Counted from the stretch's first letter, positions 1 through 9,593 are shown. The stretch is DNA of 64,000 bases from an uncultured Desulfatibacillum sp. (GCA_964573635.1 CAZNKG010000004.1:1352-65351), one strand, 5' to 3'. Numbers and translations: made by a program. Notes: a model not told the origin generated them from the letters alone.

Positions 1-200
1 CTCGCCGCCGCGAGCGGGATCTCCACCTCCGGGGAGTTCTTCTCGACCTCCGGCCGGGACCTCAGACAGTACGAAATCACGATCGAGGCGGGCGGGCGGA
101 CGGTCGCGGCCCTCTTCGACGACGAGACGCTTCCGCCCGCGGCCCGGCCGCTCGTGGGCTTCCTGCGGCGCTACGCCCGCCCCGCCCCCCCGGGGAGGTA
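1..200 (+). CDS. 3' end of a small protein, tentatively emfourin-like (metalloprotease-inhibitor family); partial
   Basis: Frame 1 is open from the window edge to TAG at 198-200. The tail ...RQYEITIEAGGRTVAALFDDETLPPAARPLVGFLRRY resembles, from memory, the C-terminal half of emfourin-type proteins. Confidence 0.4.
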
Positions 201-241
201 GCGCGGCGCAGCGCCGCGCGCGCCCCCCGCCGGCGGTCGGA

Positions 242-1429
242 TCACCGGAAGCTGAAGGTGTCGAGCATCCGGAGGAAGACCTCCTTGTGCTCCTTGTAGA
301 ACTTCTCGGGTGCGGCGTAGGAGACCCAGTAGTAGTTCGCCCCGTCCTCGAGCACGAGCTGCATGTGCTTCCAGTCGGCCATCTTCTGCTTGGAGTTGGC
401 CGCGCGGTAGCTCCCGACGAAGAAGGGCGCCTTCTGGCCGGCGACCCGCCGGTCCCCGTCCGAGACCACCTCCCCGCCGGGCTGGCCCTTGATCTGCTTC
501 TTCGCCTGCTTGAGCTGTTTTTCGGCGGAGCTTCCGGGGTTGGCGGCCTTGGCGATCGCCTGCACCACGATCGCCACCTCGTTCAGCCCGCTGCCCGGCG
601 GGCCGGAGATCAGGTAGCCGCTGCGGTCGGCGAGCAGCTGCGAGCTCATCTGGGCCGGCAGCTCGAAGGCGAAGCCGAAGTGGTTGTCGCGGAAGATCTT
701 GGTGCCGCCCGCGCCGGCGGCCGGCGGCAGGGTCGCCGGGCCGCCGCCCCCGCCGGGCGTCGCCGGCAAGGTCGTCACCGGCCCGGTGGCGACCGGCGGC
801 TGGACGCCGCCTCCGGCGGAAGGCGGCAGGGACGGGGGCCGGGTGGTCGTCGTCCCGCCGCCCCCCCCACCGGCCACCGGCGGGGTCCCGCCGCTCGGGC
901 CGGCGGGGGCGACCGACACCATGAGCTGGTAGTTCACCTCGGGGTGAATGGCGTTGCCCTCGTAGAGGGAGGGCAGGTTGCGCGAGCGCTTCGTGACGTT
1001 GTAAGGGCCGCTCGGGGTGAAGCGGGCGATGCACCAGTCGGAGCCGCAGGCCGATCCGTGAAAGGTGGGCTTGAGCCAGATCAGCCCCTGCGGGCTCGTG
1101 GCCGTGAAGGTCAGACTGACGCTGCCGCGGCCGGCGCTCTCCTCCCAACCGGTCCAGCCGAAATCCTTGACGCCGAGCTGGACGTTCCCCCCGGCCGGGC
1201 ATCCGCTCACGGTCACGGTGACTTTGCCGGCCGCCGGCAGGGTCACGCGGAAGTAGTCGAAGGCGTCCTCGAAGATCCCGGTGACCGCCTCGCCGGCGCG
1301 GATGGCGTTCGCCTGCTGGGGCTCGCTGTTGGGCTCGGTTTCATTGAGGGCCGCGGCGGGCAGCGGGAGGCAGAACAGTCCGATCAAGGTTAACCAAACG
1401 AGATGAATGCACGGGGCGCTTCGCTTCAT
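242..1429 (-). CDS. Secreted protein: signal peptide, PPC-like (pre-peptidase C-terminal type) beta domain, long Gly/Pro/Thr linker, and a C-terminal domain of unknown function
   Basis: AAGGAG lies 6-8 nt upstream of the ATG. The N-terminus MKRSAPCIHLVWLTLIGLFCLPLPAAA is signal-like. The motif EAVTGIFEDAFDYFRVTLPAAGKVTVTV is typical of PPC domains. The C-terminal roughly 130 aa has normal, non-low-complexity composition. Confidence 0.75.
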   Translation of the reverse strand: MKRSAPCIHLVWLTLIGLFCLPLPAAALNETEPNSEPQQANAIRAGEAVTGIFEDAFDYFRVTLPAAGKVTVTVSGCPAGGNVQLGVKDFGWTGWEESAGRGSVSLTFTATSPQGLIWLKPTFHGSACGSDWCIARFTPSGPYNVTKRSRNLPSLYEGNAIHPEVNYQLMVSVAPAGPSGGTPPVAGGGGGGTTTTRPPSLPPSAGGGVQPPVATGPVTTLPATPGGGGGPATLPPAAGAGGTKIFRDNHFGFAFELPAQMSSQLLADRSGYLISGPPGSGLNEVAIVVQAIAKAANPGSSAEKQLKQAKKQIKGQPGGEVVSDGDRRVAGQKAPFFVGSYRAANSKQKMADWKHMQLVLEDGANYYWVSYAAPEKFYKEHKEVFLRMLDTFSFR

Positions 1430-1521
1430 GGCAGCTCCTTTGATGGTCTAGGCCCGGCCGCCTGCACCCGGCCGGGCTGGCAGATGAAAGCCGGCAGGCC
1501 CTTAAAGACGCAAAAGACATG

Positions 1522-1535
1522 CCCGGATGGCCGGG
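1522..1535 (-). terminator. Weak hairpin plus U-rich tract downstream of the 1658-3739 gene
   Basis: CCCGG-ATGG-CCGGG forms a 5-bp stem. On the minus-strand RNA it is followed by CAUGUCUUUUGCGUCUUU. Confidence 0.3.
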
Positions 1536-1657
1536 TCAAACAAAATTCATCGAATTCAATTGGTTGCTTTAAGGAAGGAGCTGCCCGCCGACCGGCGGGC
1601 GGCGGCCCCCGGCGTCAAATCGCCGACGCCGGCGGCCGCCGCGATCCGGAAGAAGCG

Positions 1658-3739
1658 CTACTGGATTTGAAACCGCCCGTCGCCGCCGCCCTCGCCGACG
1701 GCGTTCACCACCGTGACGCGGCAGGGGCCGGAGAGCTTCTTGGGGACGAGGACGACGGCCGTGCTCGCGTTCGTCGCGGGGTCCATGCTCCAGCCGAGGA
1801 CCTTGCCGAAGGCGCTCGCCCCGCCCGCGTCCGTGAAGCGCACCTTGCCCTTCTTGATCCCGAAGAGCCTGCCGGCGATCGTCACCTGCTCCCCGGCGGC
1901 GCCGCCTGCCGGGGTGACGCCCGCGACCTCCGGTCGTCTCACCGCCAGCGCGTCGCTCAAGGTCAGGGAGAGGTAGGACGTCGGCGCCTTGACGCCTTCG
2001 ACCAGAAGCTTGCCGCCCGCGGCGCCGAACCCCGAGCCCCTCAGGGTGACCCGGGTCCCCACCGTGACCTCCGCCGGCGCGATCTCGTGGACGTACTGCG
2101 AGTGGCCCACGGTGAAAGGGTAATCCGAGGCGTCGCTCACCGCCGGGTTCTGCCAGTCGCTGACCCGGAAGGTGAAGCCGGGGCCGAAGGGGCCGGCCGC
2201 GGCGATGAGCCAGGAGAAGCTCCCGTTGTTGAGGACGGTTTTCGCTTCGATGAGGGCATCCCTCTGGAAGAGCTCGAGCTTGACCAGGTTGGCGACCGGG
2301 CCCCGGGAGCTCCAGGCGGCGGTGCAGACGCGGCCCCGCACCAGGGTGAGCCCCGGCTGGGAGGGATAGGTCAGGGTGAGGACCGGAGGCTCCGGGGCGC
2401 GGATCGTGAAGCGGAAATCGGAGGCGTCGCTCACGGCGGGGTTGGCGCTCGAGCTCACCTTGATCCAGTAGTCGGCGCCGGGGGTGAGGCCGGCGGAAAG
2501 GGTGAAAACGCAAGAGCCGGTGTTGGCGGCGAGCTGGCTTGCCGCCACGACCTCGCCCTGGTAGAGCTGGATCAGGACCTCGCCGCCCACCGCGCCGCTC
2601 GAGCTCCAGGAGACGGTGGTGCTCTCGCCGGCCGTCCAGACGATCCCGGCCGCCGAGGGATGGATCACCGTGAGCGCGCCCGCCGCGGCGCTCGAGGTCC
2701 AGCTGATCGTGGCGTTCGTCCCCGCCGTCCAGTTGATCCCGGCAGCCGAGGGGCTCGTCACCTGGATCGCCGTCGCCCCGCTGATCGCGAAGGGGTTGTC
2801 GGAGAGATCCGACTGCCCGCCGCCCGAGACGCGGATGCGGTAGTCGGAGGCATTGGCGACGTCCGCGGGGACCGTGAAGGCGAAGCTGCCTCCGGCCGGG
2901 GCGTTCGGCGCGCTCGCGGCGAGCGTGCGCACGAGCGCCTCCCCGCGGTAGAGGTCGACCGCCACCGTGGCGGCGGAAAATCCGCGCCAGGTGATCAGCT
3001 GCGGGGCGCCCGCGGGCCAGGTGATGCCGGAGGCGCTCGGGTGGGTGACGACAGTCCCCTGGGGCTGGGGGACGACCCGGATCAGGTAGTCGATGTTCCC
3101 TTTCCAGTCGAGGTAAGGCTCGTTGTCGATGGCGTTGGGGTTCGCGTAGTCCCCGCCGCCCCAGTTGTCGTGGATGATGACCCACTCGGTGCCGCTGTGG
3201 CCGGGGTAGAGGCTTCCGGTGAAATAGCCCACGGCGCACACCCCGTGGTCCCCGTAACCGCAGTCGGAGGGGTTGTCGGGGTCGTTCGCGTAGCCGAGCA
3301 GCGCGAGGAGGGCCGGCTGACCCGCGTCGATTTCGGCGCGCAGTCGTAGCTCATCGCGCTCCGAAGGTCGCGGCGCGCCGCGCCGAGGTTCCCGTCGTCG
3401 ACCAGGCGGCCGTAGCCGCGCAGGTCCCAGTAGAGCGCGATGTCGAGCGCGGCGGCGACGCCGCAGTCCCCGCAGCTCGGGTCGGCCGCGCTGTCGGGCG
3501 GCGGGTCGAGCATCTGGTTGATGTTCGGAACGCCCTCGATGTAGCCCGTGTAAAGCGCGGGCGCCGCGAGCCGTCCGTCTCCCGGCGCGCCGGCCGAAGG
3601 CCGCCGCCGCGGTCGCTTCGGCGAGCTTAAGGGCGAACTCCTCGGGGACTTCGGCGGGGCCCGCCGCCCGCGCCGCGCCGGCCAGTCCGGCCAGAACCAG
3701 GAACCATGCCGCCGCCTGCAGAAAAGCGGATCGCCGCAT
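1658..3739 (-). pseudogene. Secreted papain/C39-like cysteine peptidase fused to about five Kre9/KNH-like beta repeats and two IPT/TIG domains. The reading frame is interrupted by two compensating frameshifts (pseudogene or assembly indels).
   Basis: A signal peptide (MRRSAFLQAAAWFLVLAGLAGAARA) and everything from about 3345 downward read in the 3739 frame. Between about 3345 and 3595 this frame is Arg-rich nonsense. The frame of ORF 3082-3888 there gives LYTGYIEGVPNINQMLDPPPDSAADPSCGDCGVAAALDIALYWDLRGYG, a catalytic-Cys-like motif. A downstream His/Asn region is present (GDHGVCAVGY, IIHDNWG). The C-terminus carries repeats of the ITW...DYRIRVS type and TIG-like segments. Confidence 0.6.
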
Positions 3740-3881
3740 GCCGTCCCCCTTTTTCTGAGGGGTTGTGCCTGCCGGTCGGCCGCGCGCCGATCCGCGCGGC
3801 GCACTGGGAATCGAAATGCTTCTTGGCTGATGGATGGAAGCGAAGCGTGACGCGTGAAGAGAGCCCCCGATGGAGGCCTCC

Positions 3882-3897
3882 CTAACAAAAAACTAAC
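3882..3897 (+). promoter_or_regulatory. Two CTAAC pentamers 11 bp apart (weak or uncertain Pho-box-like site)
   Basis: CTAAC occurs at 3882 and 3893. There are only two repeats, and they read away from the nearest downstream gene start at 3739 (minus strand). Confidence 0.25.
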
Positions 3898-4017
3898 GCG
3901 GCCGTCAGGCGGAAAAAGCGCCGCCGGAGGGTGCCGGGGCAGGCCGCGGGCGGAAGCGCCGCGCGGCGAGGCTCGGCTCGGCGGATGGAGCGGTCCGGGG
4001 GCGTTGCCAGGCCCCGG

Positions 4018-4674
4018 TCAATCCTGGGCGTGGCGGTAGATCTCGCCCTCGACGAGGTAGATCACCTCCTCGGCGATGTTGGTGGCGTGGTCGGAGAGGC
4101 GCTCGAGATGGCGCGAGATGAGCAGGAGGTTGATGTAGTAGCCCACCCGTTCCGGCAGCTCGCGGATCGCCTGCTTGAAGCGGTCGTAGGCCTCGTTCTT
4201 GTAACGGTCCACCTCGTCGTCCATGGTGATGACCTTGTAGGCCGCGTCGGCGTCGAGGTTCACGAGCGCATCGAGGCTCATCTTGAGCATGCGCTGGGCC
4301 TTCTCGCCCATTTCGGCATAGTCGAACAGGAAGGGCGCCGCCGGGCGCTTGGCGATCACCTGCACCCGCTGGGCGATGTTGACCGCCTGGTCGCCGATGC
4401 GCTCGAGCTCGTTGTTGATCTTGATCACGGCGATGATGAAGCGCAGGTCCACCGCCACCGGCTGATGCAGGGCGAGGACCTTGAGGCACTCCTCCTCGAT
4501 TTCGACCTCGAGGTCGTCGATCTCGGCGTCCTTGCGGATGATCTCCGCCGCGAGCTCCCCGTCCCGCTGCTCGACGGCCTTGATCGACTGCCGCACGAGA
4601 TCCTCCACCACGGACCCCAGGGTGAGCAGGCGCTTCTTGATGTTCTCGAGCTCTCGGCGGAAGTGCTTCGTCAT
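4018..4674 (-). CDS. phoU: Phosphate signalling/transport regulator PhoU
   Basis: [17 protein letters not shown]... contains two PhoU-type repeats ([13 protein letters not shown] and [14 protein letters not shown]). GGGGAGGAG lies 8 nt upstream of the ATG at 4674. The upstream ATG at 4701 was rejected because its extension has poor composition. Confidence 0.93.
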   Translation of the reverse strand: MTKHFRRELENIKKRLLTLGSVVEDLVRQSIKAVEQRDGELAAEIIRKDAEIDDLEVEIEEECLKVLALHQPVAVDLRFIIAVIKINNELERIGDQAVNIAQRVQVIAKRPAAPFLFDYAEMGEKAQRMLKMSLDALVNLDADAAYKVITMDDEVDRYKNEAYDRFKQAIRELPERVGYYINLLLISRHLERLSDHATNIAEEVIYLVEGEIYRHAQD

Positions 4675-4755
4675 GACCCGGTCTCCTCCCCATGGACGCA
4701 TGGCCGGCGGATGGCCGGCCGCAGCGCGGCGGCTTTTTAAGGATCACTTTTCAAG

Positions 4756-4793
4756 GTTAGCACGTCGTGAAGAAAAAGTTAAGAATCGGTTAG
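4756..4793 (-). promoter_or_regulatory. Candidate Pho box serving phoU (four phased repeats)
   Basis: On the plus strand: GTTAG 4756, GTGAA 4767, GTTAA 4778, GTTAG 4789, each 11 bp apart. This reads CTAAC-type toward phoU, 82 nt upstream of its ATG. Confidence 0.6.
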
Positions 4794-4810
4794 ATAAAAC
4801 TCACGCGATT

Positions 4811-4837
4811 CTAACCTCGCCCACATACCCGCCTAAG
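4811..4837 (+). promoter_or_regulatory. Candidate Pho box serving the phn C-P lyase operon
   Basis: CTAAC 4811, CACAT 4822 (degenerate) and CTAAG 4833, in 11-bp phase, lie 58 nt upstream of the ATG at 4895. Confidence 0.5.
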
Positions 4838-4894
4838 ACCGATGCCCGAAAACCGGGATGGTCGGCCGGGAGCCTCCGGCCGGCGGAAACCGAG

Positions 4895-5500
4895 ATGACT
4901 GCAGACCCCACCACCGCCATCGACGCCGCCGCGCTCGTCAGGGATTCGCGCCTTGGCCGCTACACCGACATCGGTCCGGGCTGGACGGTGATCGAATCCA
5001 CCCTGGGCGACTACAGCTACCTCGCCGGGTCGGACGGGGTGGTCATCTATTCCGAAATCGGAAAATTCTGCTCCATCGCCTCCCACGCCGCCGTCAACCC
5101 GGGCGACCACCCCATGGAGCGGGTCACCCAGCACCACTTGACCTACCGCCGCCGCCGCTACGGGTTCGCGGCGGACGACGACGAGAGCTTTTTCGACCGC
5201 CGGCGGCGCCGCCCCTGCCGCATCGGCCACGACGTCTGGATCGGCCACGGCGCGAAGGTCATGGCGGGGGTGACGATCGGCACCGGGGCGGTCATCGGCG
5301 CCGGGGCGGTCGTGACCCGCGATGTCGCCCCCTACCAGGTGGTCGCCGGCGTGCCGGCCCGGCCGATCCGCCCGCGCTTTCCGGCCGACATCGCCGCCCG
5401 GCTCCTGCGCAGCGCCTGGTGGGAGTGGGACCGCCGGACGCTCGAGGAGCGCTTCGATGATTTTTTCCACGTCGAGCGGTTTATAGAGAAATATGCCTGA
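4895..5500 (+). CDS. Phosphonate-metabolism hexapeptide-repeat acetyltransferase (first gene of the phn operon)
   Basis: Left-handed beta-helix repeats ([35 protein letters not shown]). The gene overlaps the phnG start by 8 nt. This family is commonly found in phn clusters. Confidence 0.85.
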   Translation: MTADPTTAIDAAALVRDSRLGRYTDIGPGWTVIESTLGDYSYLAGSDGVVIYSEIGKFCSIASHAAVNPGDHPMERVTQHHLTYRRRRYGFAADDDESFFDRRRRRPCRIGHDVWIGHGAKVMAGVTIGTGAVIGAGAVVTRDVAPYQVVAGVPARPIRPRFPADIAARLLRSAWWEWDRRTLEERFDDFFHVERFIEKYA

Positions 5501-5984
5501 AACGCACCGCACCGGAGAAGCCGGCGCGCCGGCGCTCAAGGCGGCCCTGCAGGAGGTCGTCGATGCGGCGACCCCGGAGGAGGCCGCCGAGCTGCTCGAC
5601 CGCCTGTTTGCCGCGCTGCCGCTCGCGGTCACCCGCCCCGCGCAGCCGGGCCTCGTCATGATCGCCGCCCTCGACCCCTTCGAAACGCCGTTCTACCTCG
5701 GGGAGCTTCTGGTGACCACGGCCGAGGCGGCCCTGGACGGCTTCCATGGGCAGGGGACCGTGAGCGGGGAGGCGCCCGAGTGCGCGCTGCTGCTCGCCGC
5801 GGTCGAGGCGGCCGAGCTCGCCGGCCGCGGGGCCGAGCTCGCCTTCCTCGCCGAGGCCATCGCCGCCCTCGGCCGGCGCAAGGCGGAGCGGGAGGCCCTG
5901 GCCGCCCGCATCGCGGGCGCGACCGCCGTGAGCTTCGAATCGATGCAGAAGGAGCGGGTCGACTTCGGGTCGCTCGGGGATTAA
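5493..5984 (+). CDS. phnG: C-P lyase core complex subunit PhnG
   Basis: Position and order in the phnGHIJ series, size of 163 aa, and a PhnG-like motif ([13 protein letters not shown]). Confidence 0.85.
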   Translation: MPETHRTGEAGAPALKAALQEVVDAATPEEAAELLDRLFAALPLAVTRPAQPGLVMIAALDPFETPFYLGELLVTTAEAALDGFHGQGTVSGEAPECALLLAAVEAAELAGRGAELAFLAEAIAALGRRKAEREALAARIAGATAVSFESMQKERVDFGSLGD

Positions 5985-6012
5985 CGGAAAGGGGCCTGCG
6001 CCGACGAAAACC

Positions 6013-6588
6013 ATGTCCGCCGAGATTTTCCGCCACCAGCGCAACTTCCGCGTCCTGCTGCAGGCCATGGCCCGGCCCGGCAGGCTCCGCCGCCTGGAGG
6101 TCGGCGACCTGCCCTCGCCCGCCTGGGCGATCGCCGAGTGCCTCCTCGATTCCCAGGTAAGCTTCTGCCTCGCCGGGAGCCGACCGGAGGAGGTTCCGCC
6201 GGAAGACTTTTCCGCCGCGACCGGGTCGCAGGCGGCCGGCCTGCCGGAGGCGGACTTCGTCTTTGTCTCCGGGCCGCCCGCCGAGAGCGTCATCCGTGCG
6301 GCCCGGCGGGGGCGTCCGGAGTCGCCCGAGGAGGCCGCGACCCTCGTCTTCAGCCTCACCCGGCGGCCGCCGGACCCGGCCGAGCGCCTGCGCGTGCGGC
6401 TTTCGGGCCCCGGGATCGCCGCGCCCGAAGGGATCGCCCCGGAGATGCCCGGGATCCCCCTGCCGGTGTTCACCGCCCTCGCGGAAGTCAACGCCGACTA
6501 CCCCCTCGGCGTGGACGCGATTTTTCTTCTTCCGAACGGCGAGCTCATGTGTCTGCCGCGCTCGACCCGGATCACGGTGGAGGGGTAG
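6013..6588 (+). CDS. phnH: C-P lyase subunit PhnH
   Basis: The N-terminus FRHQRNFRVLLQAMARPG is PhnH-like. 191 aa, in operon order. Confidence 0.88.
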   Translation: MSAEIFRHQRNFRVLLQAMARPGRLRRLEVGDLPSPAWAIAECLLDSQVSFCLAGSRPEEVPPEDFSAATGSQAAGLPEADFVFVSGPPAESVIRAARRGRPESPEEAATLVFSLTRRPPDPAERLRVRLSGPGIAAPEGIAPEMPGIPLPVFTALAEVNADYPLGVDAIFLLPNGELMCLPRSTRITVEG

Positions 6589-6594
6589 GCGCCG

Positions 6595-7701
6595 ATGGGC
6601 TATGTCGCCGTCCGGGGCGGGGAAGCCGCCATCGAAAATGCCGAGCGGGCCTTCGTGGTCGAGCGCGCCGGCAAGACCTCCCCGCCGATCACCCCGGCGC
6701 AGATCCGCGACCAGCTCCACCTGGTTGTCGACCGCGTGATGGGCGAAGGCTCGCTCTACGCCCCGGAGCTCGCGGCGCTCGCCTTCAAGCAGGCCGCGGG
6801 CGACACCTTCGAGGCGGCCTTCATCCTGCGCGCCTACCGCACGACGCTGCCGCGCCTGGGCGACAGCGAGCCGGTCGACCCGCGCCGCATGCGCGTCGAG
6901 CGGCGCATCTCCGCCGCCTTCAAGGAGATCCCCGGCGGCCAGGTGCTCGGGCCCACCCCGGACTACTCCCTGCGCCTGCTCGACTTCGCGCTTTTCGAGG
7001 ACGAGGGCCCCCGGGCCGCCGAGGCCTTGCGCGCCCTGCTGGCGGCCGGAGAAACGGCCGCGCCGCTGCCCGCCGAGTTTCCCAAGGTGGTCGACCTGCT
7101 GCGCCGCGAGGGGCTGATCGCGCGCCGGCCGGCGGCCGACCCCGGCGCAGGCCGGATCTTCGACGTGACGCGCCGGGCGCTGGCCTTCCCGGCCCCGCGC
7201 AGCGCCCAGCTCCAGGCCCTCGCCCGGGGGGAGACCGGGGGGCTGCTCGCGCTCGCCTATTCGAACATGCGCGGCTACGGCTCGGTCCACCCGGTGATCG
7301 GCGAGCTGCGGGTCGGCTGGCTCCCCGTTTCGCGGCGCAACCCCTTGAGCGGTCGGGTGGAGCGGATCGGCGCGGTCAAGGCGACCGAGGCCGAGGTGAT
7401 CGCGCGCATCGCCGCGGGCGACGGGGCGATGCGCTTCACGCTCGGCTATGGACTGTGCTTCGGCCACAACGAAACCAAGGCGATCGCCATGGCCGTCCTC
7501 GACCGGGCGATGGCCGCCGCCGAGCCGGCCGCCCCTTCCGAAGACCAGGAGTTCGTCCTGACCCACGTCGACGGCATCGAATCGATGGGCTTCTGCAACC
7601 ACTACAAGCTGCCCCATTACGTCACCTTTCAATCGGAGCTCGACCGCCTGCGCCGGATCCAGGCGAGGCCGAAGGCACAGGAGCCCGGATGCGGCCGCTG
7701 A
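6595..7701 (+). CDS. phnI: C-P lyase subunit PhnI
   Basis: The N-terminus MGYVAVRGGEAAIENAE is typical of PhnI. 368 aa, in operon order. Confidence 0.9.
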   Translation: MGYVAVRGGEAAIENAERAFVVERAGKTSPPITPAQIRDQLHLVVDRVMGEGSLYAPELAALAFKQAAGDTFEAAFILRAYRTTLPRLGDSEPVDPRRMRVERRISAAFKEIPGGQVLGPTPDYSLRLLDFALFEDEGPRAAEALRALLAAGETAAPLPAEFPKVVDLLRREGLIARRPAADPGAGRIFDVTRRALAFPAPRSAQLQALARGETGGLLALAYSNMRGYGSVHPVIGELRVGWLPVSRRNPLSGRVERIGAVKATEAEVIARIAAGDGAMRFTLGYGLCFGHNETKAIAMAVLDRAMAAAEPAAPSEDQEFVLTHVDGIESMGFCNHYKLPHYVTFQSELDRLRRIQARPKAQEPGCGR

Positions 7702-8612
7702 CCCCGAAGCGCGCCGCGGCCCCCGCCGCGGATTGGCGCCGCCGCCTGCACCCCGAGACCGGGCGCTACGCCTACGCCTTCCTCGACGAGGGGGCCAAGC
7801 GCGAGATCCGCCGTCGCCTGCTCAAGGCCGTGGCGGTCCCCGGAAGCCAAGTCCCCTTCGGCTCCCGGGAGATGCCGATCGCCCGCGGCTGGGGCACCGG
7901 CGGGCTGCAGCTCACCCTCGCCCTCATCGGCCCGGAGGAGATTCTCAAGGTCATCGACCAGGGGGCCGACGACAGCGTGAATGCGGCGAGCATCCGCAAA
8001 TTCATCCGGCGCGTGACCGGGGTGCGCACGACGACCGAGACCCGCGCGGCCACCCTGATCCAGACCCGGCACCGCATCCCCGAGGGGCCGCTCGCCCCCC
8101 ACCAGCTTCTCGTCTTCCAGGTGCCGATCCCCGAGCCCCTGCGGCTCGTCGAGCCCTCCGAGCGCGAGACCCGGCGCATGCACGCCGAGGCCGACTACAG
8201 CCGCATGTGGCTCTACCTCTACGAGGACATCGTCACGACCGGCGAAATCACGATCGGCGCCCGCTACCCGGTGATGGTCAACCGCCGGCACCTCATGGAC
8301 CCGAGCCCCATCCCGCGCCATGACGTCGCCCGGCTCGACCGCGCCGAGGCGCTGTTTCTCTTCGGCGCCGGACGCGAGAAGCGCATCTACGCCGTTCCGC
8401 CCCACACCGAGGTCCGGCCGCTCGAGTTCGAGGATTTCCGCTTCCGCCCCGAGGATTTCCGGGGAAAGCGCTGCGGGCGCTGCGGCTCAACCGGGGTCTA
8501 CCTGGACGAGATGATCGACGACGCGGGCGGGCAGCGCGTTTACGCGTGTTCGGACACCGCCTTCTGCGCCGCCGCCGCCCGGAAAAACGGCCTCCGGGAG
8601 GCCGGGCGATGA
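7689..8612 (+). CDS. phnJ: Radical-SAM C-P lyase PhnJ
   Basis: YAFLDEGAKREIRR and QVPFGSREMP motifs. The Cys pattern C-x2-C-x21-C-x5-C (CGRCGS...YACSDTAFC) has the same spacing I recall for the E. coli PhnJ Fe-S cluster and thiyl-radical cysteines. Confidence 0.93.
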   Translation: MRPLTPKRAAAPAADWRRRLHPETGRYAYAFLDEGAKREIRRRLLKAVAVPGSQVPFGSREMPIARGWGTGGLQLTLALIGPEEILKVIDQGADDSVNAASIRKFIRRVTGVRTTTETRAATLIQTRHRIPEGPLAPHQLLVFQVPIPEPLRLVEPSERETRRMHAEADYSRMWLYLYEDIVTTGEITIGARYPVMVNRRHLMDPSPIPRHDVARLDRAEALFLFGAGREKRIYAVPPHTEVRPLEFEDFRFRPEDFRGKRCGRCGSTGVYLDEMIDDAGGQRVYACSDTAFCAAAARKNGLREAGR

Positions 8613-9484
8613 GGCCGGTCCTGCGCGCGCGCGGCCTGGCCAAGCGCTTCGGGCCGGGCTGCCCGGAGTGCGACGCGGCGACGGGCCCGGCGGCCGGGAC
8701 CAACCAGTGCCCGCGCTGCGGGAGCGTCACCGCCTGCCGCGGGGTCTCCTTCGACCTGTACGCCGGCGAGGTGCTCGGCATCGTGGGCGAAAGCGGCTCG
8801 GGCAAAAGCACCGTCGTGCGGATGCTCCACTTCGACTTCCCGCCCACCGAGGGCCGGCTCTTCCTCGACCTCGGCGCCAACGGCCGCGCGCCCGGCGGCA
8901 AGCCCGCGGAGTTCACCCCCGACCCGGACCAGGAGCTCTTCGCCCTGAGCGCCTTCCGGCGCCGCGCGATCCGCAACGAGTTCATGGGCATCGTTTACCA
9001 GAACGCCCGCATCGGGCTGCGCTTGAAGGTGAGCGCCGGGGGCAACATCGCCGAGCGGCTGCTCCTGGCCGGCTGGCGCCGGGTGGCCTCCATGCGCGCC
9101 CGCGCCGCCGAGCTCCTCGGCCGCACCGAGGTCCCGCTCGCGCGCATGGACGAGCCCCCCCGGAACTTCTCCGGGGGCATGCAGCAGCGCGTCCAGATCG
9201 CCCGCGCCCTCTCCACCGGACCGGCGGTCCTGCTGCTGGACGAGGTCACCACCGGGCTCGACGTCTCGGTCCAGGCGCGGGTGCTCGACCTCATCCGCGC
9301 GCTGCAGCAGGAGCTCCAGATGGCGACCCTCGTCGTGACCCACGACCTCGGCGTGATCCGCCTGCTCACCAGCCGCACGATCGTCATGCGCCACGGCGGC
9401 ATCGTCGAGGCCGGGCTCTCCGACCAGATCCTCGAGGACCCTCGGCACCCCTACACCCAGCTTTTGGTGAGCTCGATTCTTTGA
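8609..9484 (+). CDS. phnK: C-P lyase-associated ABC-type ATPase PhnK, with a CxxC-X12-CxxC insert
   Basis: ATGA overlap with the phnJ stop. Walker A GESGSGKST, signature FSGGMQQR, Walker B LLLDE. Confidence 0.9.
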   Translation: MRPVLRARGLAKRFGPGCPECDAATGPAAGTNQCPRCGSVTACRGVSFDLYAGEVLGIVGESGSGKSTVVRMLHFDFPPTEGRLFLDLGANGRAPGGKPAEFTPDPDQELFALSAFRRRAIRNEFMGIVYQNARIGLRLKVSAGGNIAERLLLAGWRRVASMRARAAELLGRTEVPLARMDEPPRNFSGGMQQRVQIARALSTGPAVLLLDEVTTGLDVSVQARVLDLIRALQQELQMATLVVTHDLGVIRLLTSRTIVMRHGGIVEAGLSDQILEDPRHPYTQLLVSSIL

Positions 9485-9593
9485 CCCGCAGGCGCGCCCG
9501 GATGGATGGAATGGCTGGCGAGATAGATGAATGCCGATCCGCGCCCGGGCGGCCTGCGCCGCAACTCCAACACCTGACGCCGTTGTCACTGCG

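Noticed and set aside
171-3349. Long alternative-frame ORFs (171-1202 minus, 287-1393 plus, 1403-3349 plus, 1569-3239 minus) overlapping the two secreted-protein genes
   Set aside because: Their translations are dominated by Arg/Gly/Pro/Ala runs with no motifs. This is typical of off-frame ORFs in GC-rich DNA. The chosen frames have signal peptides, an RBS and recognisable domains.
3882-3897. Two CTAAC pentamers 11 bp apart, considered as a Pho box for the frameshifted peptidase gene
   Set aside because: There are only two repeats. Their orientation is opposite to every other site relative to the nearest gene start (3739, minus strand). No -10-like hexamer is in register. It is kept as a low-confidence feature only.
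5656-8612. Very long ORFs on the opposite strand or in other frames across the phn operon (for example 5656-7632 minus, and the first 517 codons of 6138-8612 plus)
   Set aside because: They have low-complexity Arg/Gly/Pro composition. The phnG/H/I/J frames carry family motifs and show tight operon spacing. Only the 7689-8612 part of the 6138-8612 ORF is real (PhnJ).
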